Shown here piece after piece: positions 25,587 to 39,791 of a DNA stretch of 64,000 bases (position 1 is its first letter; each line of letters starts with the position of its first letter). The DNA lies in contig NC_087252.1 of NCBI RefSeq assembly GCF_037042905.1, positions 16,742,001 through 16,806,000 on the forward strand. Reading direction: 5' to 3'. The DNA comes from Lytechinus pictus. Its lineage: Eukaryota. The position numbers were made by a program, and so were the translations under genes. A model generated the notes under the pieces. The model was not told where the DNA came from and ran no database searches. It saw only the letters and a list, made by a program, of their open reading frames with translations.

Positions 25587-28500
25587 AAACGCAAGATTTC
25601 TATGTACGCTCCAAAGGGGGTTAAAAACACAGTCTATAATGTAATTTCCAATTACTGACACATATTCCTAAAAGTAGAGATACAGAGGAAGAGAACGATA
25701 TATGCTTGACAGGATATATATTAAAAAAAAACACACATCGATTTTCGACAATTTTTGAAGCAAGAAATTTTCCAAACTAATGATATGCAAATTTCATGAC
25801 GTAATTTGCATATGTAAACAATAACGTCTGTTCCTGAAATTTCGCATGTCTCTTTTGCACTACTAGGACAATACATTTTGAAAGTTTCATTAAAAAACAA
25901 GCATGGTTTGGCTGAGATATTCTCCCTTGACTTCATGCTATGTGTAGAATGCACTGTTAGACAATTTATCCTTAAAATAGAAGAAGTTTCTGCAGCAAAG
26001 TCTCGAGAACACCTGTAATCTTACCAGATTGTGTAATCTTACATTATATCATGTAAAATTACAGGAAATTGGTATTTAGTGTATGGAACCTTACAAATTT
26101 CCTTAAATAAAACACCATTTTCCCCTTTTAAAACAGACCTGTTCTGTTAAATTGTAGAAAAATTCCTGTTTAATGAATTTACAGAATGATTCTGTAATAT
26201 TGCTTTCTGCAAAATCCTGATTTTTTCTGTAAAATCAGGTTTTTTTTAACGGTGTGTCTAAAAATTGTGAAATAGGGCCAGTTTGTAGTGACGTCATATA
26301 ACGTCATTTCGACGGAAAGACCACTGAAAAACCTGGCAGCAATGGATTTTTGTAAACTTCAGTGTCCATGCCATAAGTCCGGCTTTCGGTTGAATAAATC
26401 TCCTGGGCTGCCGGACTATTACCCTGGTCAACGGATCCTGTCTTTCCCGCACTCTTTATTATGCACTTTCTCAATTCCTCGGGGAGTATTTGAACAAACA
26501 TTTTAAAACAAATAGCAAGGCATAGTACAGTATATTTTGCATCATACCTGGTACACGTTTGACCCTTTAGTGGAGAGTGGCAAATTGTGGAACGACGCCT
26601 TCAACCTTGAATAATTTTCTTTTGATTTGAGATTTAGTTTCGTTTTAAGTCTAAGCATGTTATTTCTTTTGTATTCATGGTATGTAAGAACCAATTTGGT
26701 ATTTTGCTTGAGATCCGTGTTATAAAAAGTAGAAAAAATAAAATAAATTGAAAATTGAATGAACCATATCCATTGTCATCGTGTTAACATCATTAGCATT
26801 TTTTTTAATACTTGACACTGGAGTGTTCACAGCTTTTTATTTATAATAATGAATACTAGTACTACTACTTCTACAACAACTACTACTACTACTACTATTA
26901 CTACTACTACCACCACTACTACTACAACAACAACTATTACTACTACTACTACTACTACTACTACTATTACTAATACGACCACCACTACTACTACAACTAC
27001 TACTACTACTACTACTACTACTACATCTACTACTACTACTAATACTACTATTACTATACTACCACTAATACAACTTCTACTACTACTACTACTATTTCTA
27101 CTAGAACTAGTACTACTACTCTTAGATTCTTCCAGAGGGCAAATTCTACATGGGGTAACGCCCTTGACCCCATAAAAAAAACTGCAGACTTCATTAATAC
27201 AGATCTATTTGTTTTTAATTATAAGTCGCATTAGGGCATCAAATATCAGTTTCAAAATGCTATATTTTCACGTTTTTTGATACTCCAAGCAAATACTGCA
27301 TTTTGAAAATGGCTGATGGTCATTTTTAGACTACAACCCATGTAGGTTAATTGTTGCAATTTTAGAAAAACAAAAGGTATGTATGTATTGAATACATTAG
27401 GCAAAATATTTACGAACGACGTTTTATGGTAACATTCGTTTTCTTTCCAATACAACTCTATTTTATGTAGCCCTTATACAGGTATATTGTTATCTTGGTC
27501 AACGGATCCTGTCTTTCCGGCGCACTTTATTATGCCCTTTCTCCATTCCCTGGGGAACATTTCAACAAATATTTTATAACAAATAGTTAGGCATACTACA
27601 ACATCTTTTGCACCATACCTGGTACACATTTAACACTTTAGTTGAGAGTGGAAAATTGTGGAACGACGCCTTCAACCTTGAATAATTTTGTTTCGATTTC
27701 AGATTTAGTTTCTTTTTAAGTCTAAACATGTTATTTCTTTTGTATTCATGGTATGTAAGAACCAATACGGTATTTTGCTTTAGATCCGTGTTAAAAAAGG
27801 AGAAAAAAAATAAATTGAAAATGAAATGAATCATATCCACTGCGTTAACATCATTTGCATTTTTTTCTTTCAATATCTGACACTGGAATGTTCACATTTT
27901 GTTATTAATGAATATTTGTACTACTACTTCTACAACTACTACTTTTATTAAACCGCTACTACTCTGTAAAAAATGAAGTGCTAATTTAGCAATTACAGTG
28001 CTTGTACGAGTGCTAATTGTTTTGGTTTAAATTTTGAACTAAAATATAGGCACTCGTAGTGCAGTCACTATAGAAGCACTGTAAGTGCTAAATTACCACT
28101 TCATTTTTTACAGTGTACCACTACTGCTTCTACTACTACTGCTACTTCTACTATTACTACTCCTACTACTATTACTACTACTACTACTACTACTACTACC
28201 TTTACTACTACTATACCATTATCACTTCTATTACTACTACTAATACTACTACTACTACTCTTACTATACTACTATTACTGATACGACTTTTTCTACTACT
28301 ACTACTACTACTACTGCTACTACTACTACTACCTCTACTTCTTCTACTAGTACTAATACTACTACTTTTGGTTTATTTCAGAGGGCAAATTTTACATGGG
28401 GTAACGCCCTTGACTCCATTAAAAAAAACTACAGACTTCATTAATAAAGTCGCTTTTAGCGCATCATATGTCAGTTTCAAAATATTGTATTTCCACGTTT

Positions 28501-30251
28501 TTGATACCCCATGAAAATACGACGTTTTGAAAATGTCTGATGGTCATTTTCAGACTAAAACCCATGTATGTTATTTGTTGCAAGTTTAGAATAACAAAAG
28601 ATATGTTTGTATTCAATATGTTAAGCAGAATATTTACGAAGGACGTTTTATGGTAACATTCGGTTTTTACAATACAATTCAGTTTTATGTAGCCCTTTTA
28701 CAGATATATTGTTACCCCGGTCAACGGATCCTGTCTTTCCCGCACACTTTATTATGCACTTTCTCCATTCCCTGTGGAGCATTTCAACAAACATTTAAAG
28801 ATAAACAGCTAGTCATACTACAGTATATTTTGCATCATATCTGGTACACGTTTGACACTTTAGTGGAGTGTGGCAAATTGTGGAACGACGCCTTCAACCT
28901 TGAATAATTTTCTTTTGATTTGAGATTTAGTTTCGTTTTAAGTCTAAACATGTTATTTATTTTGTATTCATGGTATGTAAGAACCAATTTGGTATTTTGA
29001 TTGAGATCCGTGTTATATAAATGTGAAAAAATAAAACAAATTGAAAGTGAAATGAACCATATCCATTGTCATCGTGTTAACATCATTTGCATTTTTTTTA
29101 AATACTTGACACTGGAATGTTCACAGCTTTTATTTATAATAATGAATACTAGTACTACTACTTATACAACAACTACTACTGCTACTACTACTATTATTAC
29201 TACTACTACTACTACTATACCATTATCACTTCTACTACTACTACTTCTACTACTTCTACCTCTACTACTACTACTACTACTATTACTATACTACCATTAA
29301 TACTACTTTTACTACTACTACTACCACTACTACTACTATTACTATTTGTACTAGTACTAGTACTTCAACTCTTAAATTCTTCCAGAGGGCAAATTCTACA
29401 TAGGGTAACGCCCTTGACCCTATAAAAAAACTACAGACTTCATTAATACAGTTCTATTTGTTTTTAATTATAAGTCGTTTTTAGCGCATCAAATGTCAGT
29501 TTCAAAATATTTTATTTTCACGTTTTTGATACCCCATGTAAATACTGCGTTTTAAAATGTCTGATGGTCATTTTTTTAAGACTACAACCCATATATGTTA
29601 TTTGTTGCAAGTTTAGAAGAAAAAAAAAGATTTTGTATTGAATATGTTAAGCAGAATATTTACGAACGACGTTTTATGGTAACATTCGGTTTTTACAATA
29701 CAATTCTGTTTTATGTAGCCCTTTTACAGATATATTGTTATCCTGGTCAACGGATCCTGTCTTTCCGGCGCACTTTTCTATGCATTTTCTTCATTCCCTG
29801 GGGAGCATTTCAACAAACATTTTAAGATAAATAGCTAGGCATACTACAGTATCTTTTGCATCATACCTGGTACACGTTTGACACTTTAGTGGAGATTGGC
29901 AATTTCTGGAACGACGCCTTTAACCTTGAATAATTTTCTTTTTATTTGAGATTTAGTTTCGTTTTAAATCTAAACATGTTATTTCTTTTGTATTCATGGT
30001 ATGTAAGAACCAATTTGGTATTTTGCTTCAGATCCGTGTTATAAAAAGGACAAAAAATAAAATAAATTGAAAGTGAAATGAACCATATCCATTGTCTTTG
30101 TGTTAACATCAATTGCATTTTTTTCAATACCTGACACTGAAATGTTCACAGCTTTTTATTTATAATAATAATTACTAGTAATACTACTTCTACAACAACT
30201 ACTACTACTATTAATACACCGCTACTACCACTACTGCTGCTAATACTACCT

Positions 30252-30283
<32 letters not shown>

Positions 30284-30295
30284 GCTACTACTACT

Positions 30296-30454
30296 TAGTC
30301 TGCTGGGCAAACCCTTCACTCTAGTTAATGGTCTGAATGTGCAGCCTACTCATGCCTTGTTTACTGAAGGCTCTCAAGTTTTGTATGTGGTAGTCTTTGC
30401 GTGGAGGCAAACTTATTGATCAAAGTTCCAATCAGGGTCTGTGCCTACAGACTA
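30296..30454. mobile_element. 159-bp Academ-like MITE in the (ACT)n tract; copies at 33857-34015 and 37334-37492
   Basis: act|tagtctgctgggcaaaccct...agggtctgtgcctacagacta|act: TAG...CTA TIRs and a 3-bp TSD. Confidence 0.8.
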
Positions 30455-31670
30455 ACTACTACTACTGTTACTATTACTACCACCACTACTACAATAACAA
30501 CTACTACTACTACTACTACTACTACTACATCTACTACTACTACTACTACTACTAATATTACTATAATACCACTAATATTACTTCTACTACTACTACTACT
30601 ACTACTTTTACTAGTACTAGTACTACTACTCTTAGATTCTTCCAGCTGGCAAATTCTACATGGGGTAACGCCCTTGACCCCATTAAAAAACCTGCAGACT
30701 TCATTAATACAGATCTATTTGTTTTTAATTATAAGTCGCATTGGGGCATCAAATGTCAGTTTCAAAATATTATGTTTTCATGTTTTTGATACTCCATGTA
30801 AATACTGCATTTTGAAAGTGGCTGATGGTCATTCTTAAAATACAACCCATGTATGTTAATTGTTGCAATTTTAGAAAAACAAAATGTATGCTTGTATTGA
30901 ATACATTAGGCAGAATATTTACGAACGACGTTTTATGGTAACATTCGTTTTCTTTCCAATACAACTCTATTTTACGTAGCCCTTTTACATATATATTTTT
31001 ATCCTGGTCAACGGATCCTGTCTCTCCGGCGCATTTTATTATGCACTTTCTCCATTCCCTGGGGAACATTTCAACAAACATTTTATAACAAATAGCTAGG
31101 AATACTACAGCATCTTTTGCACCATACCTGGTACACATTTAACACTTTAGTGGAGAGTGGACAATTGTGGAACGACGCCTTCAACCTTGAATAATTTTGT
31201 TTCGATTTCAGATTTAGTTTCTTTTTAAGTCTAAACGTGTTATTTCTTTTGCATTCATGGTATGTAAGAACCAATACGGTATTTTGCTTTAGATCCGTGT
31301 TTTAAAAAAGAGAAAAAAAATAAATAAAAAAATGAAATTAATCATATCCACTGCGTTAACATCATTTGCATTTTTTCTTTCAATATCTGACACTGGAATG
31401 TTCACATTTTGTTATTAATGAATACTTGTACTACTACTTCTACAACTACTACTTTTATTAAACCGCTACTACTCTGTAAAAAATGAAGTGGTAATTTAGC
31501 ACTTACAGTGCTTGTAGATTGACTGCATTACGAGTGCTTATTTTTTTGGTTTAAATTTGAATTGTAAAACAGGCACTCGTAGTGCAGTCACTATACAAGC
31601 ACTGTAAGTGCTAAATTACCACTTCATTTTTTACAGTGTACCACTTCTGTTTCTACTACTACTTCTACTT

Positions 31671-31709
<39 letters not shown>

Positions 31710-31765
31710 TTACTACTACTACTACTGCTACTTCTACCACTACTACTTCTATACCATTATCACTT

Positions 31766-31801
<36 letters not shown>

Positions 31802-31830
31802 TTACTATACTACTATTACTGATACGACTT

Positions 31831-31864
<34 letters not shown>

Positions 31865-33812
31865 CTCTACTTCTTCTACTAGTACTAGTACTACAACTCT
31901 TAGTTTGTTTCAGAGGGCAAATCCTACATGGGGTAACGCCTTTTACCCAATACAAAAAACTACAGACTTCATTAATACAGTTCTATTTGTTTTTTTAATT
32001 ATATGTCGCTTTTAACGCATCATATGTCAGTTTCAAAATATCTTATTTTCACGTTTTTGATACCCCATGTAAATACTGCGTTTTAAAATGTCTGATGGTC
32101 ATTTTCAGACTAAAACCCATGTATGTTATTTGTTGCAAGTTTAGAAAAACAAAAGATATGTTTGTATTGAATATGTTAAGCAAAATATTTACGAACGACG
32201 TTTTATGGTAACATTCGGTTTTTACAATACAATTCTGTTTTATGTAGCCCTTTTACAGATATATTGTTACCCTGGTCAACGGATCCTGTCTTTCCCGCAC
32301 ACTTTATTATGCACTTTCTCCATTCCCTGTGGAGCATTTCAACAAACATTTTAAGATAAACAGCTAGGCATACTACAGTATCTTTTGCATCATATATGGT
32401 ACACGTTTGACACTTTAGTGGAGAGTCGCAAATTGTGGAACGACGCCTTCAACCTTGAATAATTTTCTTTTGATTTGAGATTTAGTTTCGTTTTAAGTCT
32501 AAACATGTTCTTTCTTTTGTATTCATGGTATGTAAGAACCAATTTGGTATTTTGCTTGAGATCCGTGTTATATAAATGTGAAAAAATAAAACAAATTGAA
32601 AGTGAAATGAACCATATCCATTGTCATCGTGTTAACATCATTTGCATTTTTTTTAAATACTTGACACTGGAATGTTCACAGCTTTTATTTATAATAATGA
32701 ATACTAGTACTACTACTTATACAACAACTACTACTGCTACTACTACTATTATTACTACTACTACTACTACTATACCATTATCACTTCTACTACTACTACT
32801 TCTACTACTTCTACCTCTACTACTACTACTACTACTATTACTATACTACCATTAATACTACTTTTACTACTACTACTACCACTACTACTACTATTACTAT
32901 TTGTACTAGTACTAGTACTTCAACTCTTAAATTCTTCCAGAGGGCAAATTCTACATAGGGTAACGCCCTTGACCCTATAAAAAAACTACAGACTTCATTA
33001 ATACAGTTCTATTTGTTTTTAATTATAAGTCGTTTTTAGCGCATCAAATGTCAGTTTCAAAATATTTTATTTTCACGTTTTTGATACCCCATGTAAATAC
33101 TGCGTTTTAAAATGTCTGATGGTCATTTTTTAAGACTACAACCCATATACAGTGTATGTTATTTGTTGCAAGTTTAGAAGAAAAAAAAAGATTTTGTATT
33201 GAATATGTTAAGCAGAATATTTACGAACGACGTTTTATGGTAACATTCGGTTTTTACAATACAATTCTGTTTTATGTAGCCCTTTTACAGATATATTGTT
33301 ATCTTGGTCAACGGATCCTGTCTTTCCGGCGCACTTTTCTATGCATTTTCTTCATTCCCTGGGGAGCATTTCAACAAACATTTTAAGATAAATAGCTAGG
33401 CATACTACAGTATCTTTTGCATCATACCTGGTACACGTTTGACACTTTAGTGGAGATTGGCAATTTCTGGAACGACGCCTTTAACCTTGAATAATTTTCT
33501 TTTTATTTGAGATTTAGTTTCGTTTTAAATCTAAACATGTTATTTCTTTTGTATTCATGGTATGTAAGAACCAATTTGGTATTTTGCTTCAGATCCGTGT
33601 TATAAAAAGGACAAAAAATAAAATAAATTGAAAGTGAAATGAACCATATCCATTGTCTTTGTGTTAACATCAATTGCATTTTTTTCAATACCTGACACTG
33701 AAATGTTCACAGCTTTTTATTTATAATAATAATTACTAGTAATACTACTTCTACAACAACTACTACTACTACTAATACACCGCTACTACCACTACTGCTG
33801 CTAATACTACCT

Positions 33813-33844
<32 letters not shown>

Positions 33845-35228
33845 GCTACTACTACTTAGTCTGCTGGGCAAACCCTTCACTCTAGTTAATGGTCTGAATG
33901 TGCAGCCTACTCATGCCTTGTGTACTGAAGGCTCTCAAGTTTTGTATGTGGTAGTCTTTGCGTGGAGGCAAACTTATTGATCAAAGTTCCAATCAGGGTC
34001 TGTGCCTACAGACTAACTAATACTACTATTACTATTACTACCACCACTACTACAATAACAACTACTACTACTACTACTACTACTACATCTACTACTACTA
34101 CTACTACTACTAATATTACTATAATACCACTAATATTACTTCTACTACTACTACTACTACTACTTTTACTAGTACTAGTACTACTACTCTTAGATTCTTC
34201 CAGCTGGCAAATTCTACATGGGGTAACGCCCTTGACCCCATTAAAAAACCTGCAGACTTCATTAATACAGATCTATTTGTTTTTAATTATAAGTCGCATT
34301 GGGGCATCAAATGTCAGTTTCAAAATATTATGTTTTCATGTTTTTGATACTCCATGTAAATACTGCATTTTGAAAGTGGCTGATGGTCATTCTTAAAATA
34401 CAACCCATGTATGTTAATTGTTGCAATTTTAGAAAAACAAAATGTATGCTTGTATTGAATACATTAGGCAGAATATTTACGAACGACGTTTTATGGTAAC
34501 ATTCGTTTTCTTTCCAATACAACTCTATTTTACGTAGCCCTTTTACATATATATTTTTATCCTGGTCAACGGATCCTGTCTCTCCGGCGCATTTTATTAT
34601 GCACTTTCTCCATTCCCTGGGGAACATTTCAACAAACATTTTATAACAAATAGCTAGGAATACTACAGCATCTTTTGCACCATACCTGGTACACATTTAA
34701 CACTTTAGTGGAGAGTGAAAAATTGTGGAACGACGCCTTCAACCTTGAATAATTTTGTTTCGATTTCAGATTTAGTTTCTTTTTAAGTCTAAACGTGTTA
34801 TTTCTTTTGCATTCATGGTATGTAAGAACCAATACGGTATTTTGCTTTAGATCCGTGTTTTAAAAAAGAGAAAAAAAATAAATAAATAAATGAAATTAAT
34901 CATATCCACTGCGTTAACATAATTTGCATTTTTTCTTTCAATATCTGACACTGGAATGTTCACATTTTGTTATTAATGAATACTTGTACTACTACTTCTA
35001 CAACTACTACTTTTATTAAACCGCTACTACTCTGTAAAAAATGAAGTGGTAATTTAGCACTTACAGTGCTTGTAGATTGACTGCATTACGAGTGCTTATT
35101 TTTTTGGTTTAAATTTGAATTGTAAAACAGGCACTCGTAGTGCAGTCACTATACAAGCACTGTAAGTGCTAAATTACCACTTCATTTTTTACAGTGTACC
35201 ACTTCTGTTTCTACTACTACTTCTACTT

Positions 35229-35267
<39 letters not shown>

Positions 35268-35323
35268 TTACTACTACTACTACTGCTACTTCTACCACTA
35301 CTACTTCTATACCATTATCACTT

Positions 35324-35359
<36 letters not shown>

Positions 35360-35388
35360 TTACTATACTACTATTACTGATACGACTT

Positions 35389-35425
<37 letters not shown>

Positions 35426-38400
35426 CTCTACTTCTTCTACTAGTACTAGTACTACAACTCTTAGTTTGTTTCAGAGGGCAAATCCTACATGGGGTAACGC
35501 CTTTGACCCAATACAAAAAACTACAGACTTCATTAATACAGTTCTATTTGTTTTTTTAATTATATGTCGCTTTTAACGCATCATATGTCAGTTTCAAAAT
35601 ATCTTATTTTCACGTTTTTGATACCCCATGTAAATACTGCGTTTTAAAATGTCTGATGGTCATTTTCAGACTAAAACCCATGTATGTTATTTGTTGCAAG
35701 TTTAGAAAAACAAAAGATATGTTTGTATTGAATATGTTAAGCAAAATATTTACGAACGACGTTTTATGGTAACATTCGGTTTTTACAATACAATTCTGTT
35801 TTATGTAGCCCTTTTACAGATATATTGTTACCCTGGTCAACGGATCCTGTCTTTCCCGCACACTTTATTATGCACTTTCTCCATTCCCTGTGGAGCATTT
35901 CAACAAACATTTTAAGATAAACAGCTAGGCATACTACAGTATCTTTTGCATCATATATGGTACACGTTTGACACTTTAGTGGAGAGTCGCAAATTGTGGA
36001 ACGACGCCTTCAACCTTGAATAATTTTCTTTTGATTTGAGATTTAGTTTCGTTTTAAGTCTAAACATGTTCTTTCTTTTGGAAATGAACCATATCCATTG
36101 TCATCGTGTTAACATCATTTGCATTTTTTTTAAATACTTGACACTGGAATGTTCACAGCTTTTATTTATAATAATGAATACTAGTACTACTACTTATACA
36201 ACAACTACTACTGCTACTACTACTATTATTACTACTACTACTACTACTATACCATTATCACTTCTACTACTACTACTTCTACTACTTCTACCTCTACTAC
36301 TACTACTACTACTATTACTATACTACCATTAATACTACTTTTACTACTACTACTACCACTACTACTACTATTACTATTTGTACTAGTACTAGTACTTCAA
36401 CTCTTAAATTCTTCCAGAGGGCAAATTCTACATAGGGTAACGCCCTTGACCCTATAAAAAAACTACAGACTTCATTAATACAGTTCTATTTGTTTTTAAT
36501 TATAAGTCGTTTTTAGCGCATCAAATGTCAGTTTCAAAATATTTTATTTTCACGTTTTTGATACCCCATGTAAATACTGCGTTTTAAAATGTCTGATGGT
36601 CATTTTTTAAGACTACAACCCATATACAGTGTATGTTATTTGTTGCAAGTTTAGAAGAAAAAAAAAGATTTTGTATTGAATATGTTAAGCAGAATATTTA
36701 CGAACGACGTTTTATGGTAACATTCGGTTTTTACAATACAATTCTGTTTTATGTAGCCCTTTTACAGATATATTGTTATCTTGGTCAACGGATCCTGTCT
36801 TTCCGGCGCACTTTTCTATGCATTTTCTTCATTCCCTGGGGAGCATTTCAACAAACATTTTAAGATAAATAGCTAGGCATACTACAGTATCTTTTGCATC
36901 ATACCTGGTACACGTTTGACACTTTAGTGGAGATTGGCAATTTCTGGAACGACGCCTTTAACCTTGAATAATTTTCTTTTTATTTGAGATTTAGTTTCGT
37001 TTTAAATCTAAACATGTTATTTCTTTTGTATTCATGGTATGTAAGAACCAATTTGGTATTTTGCTTCAGATCCGTGTTATAAAAAGGACAAAAAATAAAA
37101 TAAATTGAAAGTGAAATGAACCATATCCATTGTCTTTGTGTTAACATCAATTGCATTTTTTTCAATACCTGACACTGAAATGTTCACAGCTTTTTATTTA
37201 TAATAATAATTACTAGTAATACTACTTCTACAACAACTACTACTACTACTAATACACCGCTACTACCACTACTGCTGCTAATACTACCTCTACTACTACT
37301 ACTCCTACTACTACTACTACTGCTACTACTACTTAGTCTGCTGGGCAAACCCTTCACTCTAGTTAATGGTCTGAATGTGCAGCCTACTCATGCCTTGTGT
37401 ACTGAAGGCTCTCAAGTTTTGTATGTGGTAGTCTTTGCGTGGAGGCAAACTTATTGATCAAAGTTCCAATCAGGGTCTGTGCCTACAGACTAACTAATAC
37501 TACTATTACTATTACTACCACCACTACTACAATAACAACTACTACTACTACTACTACTACTACATCTACTACTACTACTACTACTACTAATATTACTATA
37601 ATACCACTAATATTACTTCTACTACTACTACTACTACTACTTTTACTAGTACTAGTACTACTACTCTTAGATTCTTCCAGCTGGCAAATTCTACATGGGG
37701 TAACGCCCTTGACCCCATTAAAAAACCTGCAGACTTCATTAATACAGATCTATTTGTTTTTTAATTATAAGTCGCATTGGGGCATCAAATGTCAGTTTCA
37801 AAATATTATGTTTTCATGTTTTTGATACTCCATGTAAATACTGCATTTTGAAAGTGGCTGATGGTCATTCTTAAAATACAACCCATGTATGTTAATTGTT
37901 GCAATTTTAGAAAAACAAAATGTATGCTTGTATTGAATACATTAGGCAGAATATTTACGAACGACGTTTTATGGTAACATTCGTTTTCTTTCCAATACAA
38001 CTCTATTTTACGTAGCCCTTTTACATATATATTTTTATCCTGGTCAACGGATCCTGTCTCTCCGGCGCATTTTATTATGCACTTTCTCCATTCCCTGGGG
38101 AACATTTCAACAAACATTTTATAACAAATAGCTAGGAATACTACAGCATCTTTTGCACCATACCTGGTACACATTTAACACTTTAGTGGAGAGTGAAAAA
38201 TTGTGGAACGACGCCTTCAACCTTGAATAATTTTGTTTCGATTTCAGATTTAGTTTCTTTTTAAGTCTAAACGTGTTATTTCTTTTGCATTCATGGTATG
38301 TAAGAACCAATACGGTATTTTGCTTTAGATCCGTGTTTTAAAAAAGAGAAAAAAAATAAATAAAAAAATGAAATTAATCATATCCACTGCGTTAACATAA

Positions 38401-38706
38401 TTTGCATTTTTTCTTTCAATATCTGACACTGGAATGTTCACATTTTGTTATTAATGAATACTTGTACTACTACTTCTACAACTACTACTTTTATTAAACC
38501 GCTACTACTCTGTAAAAAATGAAGTGGTAATTTAGCACTTACAGTGCTTGTAGATTGACTGCATTACGAGTGCTTATTTTTTTGGTTTAAATTTGAATTG
38601 TAAAACAGGCACTCGTAGTGCAGTCACTATACAAGCACTGTAAGTGCTAAATTACCACTTCATTTTTTACAGTGTACCACTTCTGTTTCTACTACTACTT
38701 CTACTT

Positions 38707-38742
<36 letters not shown>

Positions 38743-38798
38743 TTACTACTACTACTACTGCTACTTCTACCACTACTACTTCTATACCATTATCACTT

Positions 38799-38837
<39 letters not shown>

Positions 38838-39791
38838 TTACTATACTACTATTACTGATACGACTTCTACTACTACTACTACAACTACTACTACTACCTC
38901 TACTTCTTCTACTAGTACTAGTACTACAACTCTTAGTTTGTTTCAGAGGGCAAATCCTACATGGGGTAACGCCTTTGACCCAATACAAAAAACTACAGAC
39001 TTCATTAATACAGTTCTATTTGTTTTTTTAATTATATGTCGCTTTTAACGCATCATATGTCAGTTTCAAAATATCTTATTTTCACGTTTTTGATACCCCA
39101 TGTAAATACTGCGTTTTAAAATGTCTGATGGTCATTTTCAGACTAAAACCCATGTATGTTATTTGTTGCAAGTTTAGAAAAACAAAAGATATGTTTGTAT
39201 TGAATATGTTAAGCAAAATATTTACGAACGACGTTTTATGGTAACATTCGGTTTTTACAATACAATTCTGTTTTATGTAGCCCTTTTACAGATATATTGT
39301 TACCCTGGTCAACGGATCCTGTCTTTCCCGCACACTTTATTATGCACTTTCTCCATTCCCTGTGGAGCATTTCAACAAACATTTTAAGATAAACAGCTAG
39401 GCATACAAGTTCAAGTTCAAGTTCAAGTTCAACTTTATTCAATTCCAATATTAAAAACATTTTATAACAACACATTGGATAAAAAATGCAATTCAAGATA
39501 AAATAAAGTATATGAATGGTATGTACATGCGTATTGAATAGAAAAAGTATTGAAATTAGGTATAGCTGTAAAAGACCGTAAAGGTCTTGTCAAGACAGCT
39601 CCCTTACTTGCATAAGATTTGATCAATTAATAAGAGCGGAGAACAAATTCAGTAAATATTCAGTAAATAAAAATGAATTGCGTCTTGCACCAAGACTAAC
39701 CCAGAACAAACATACATGAAAAGGGTAGGAGAGAATGAAAAGCAGAGGGGGGGGGGGGTTGAAAGGAAAGAAGACAAAAATCATTTAAACT

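Larger units (their letters stand above)
18488..30150 (+). repeat. Segmental duplication, copy 2 (its end merges into the expanded satellite array; end approximate)
   Basis: Colinear with copy 1 but lacks the LINE at 4923-10184, the piggyBac-like MITE at 13148-13917 and ~11602-12841. Confidence 0.9.
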
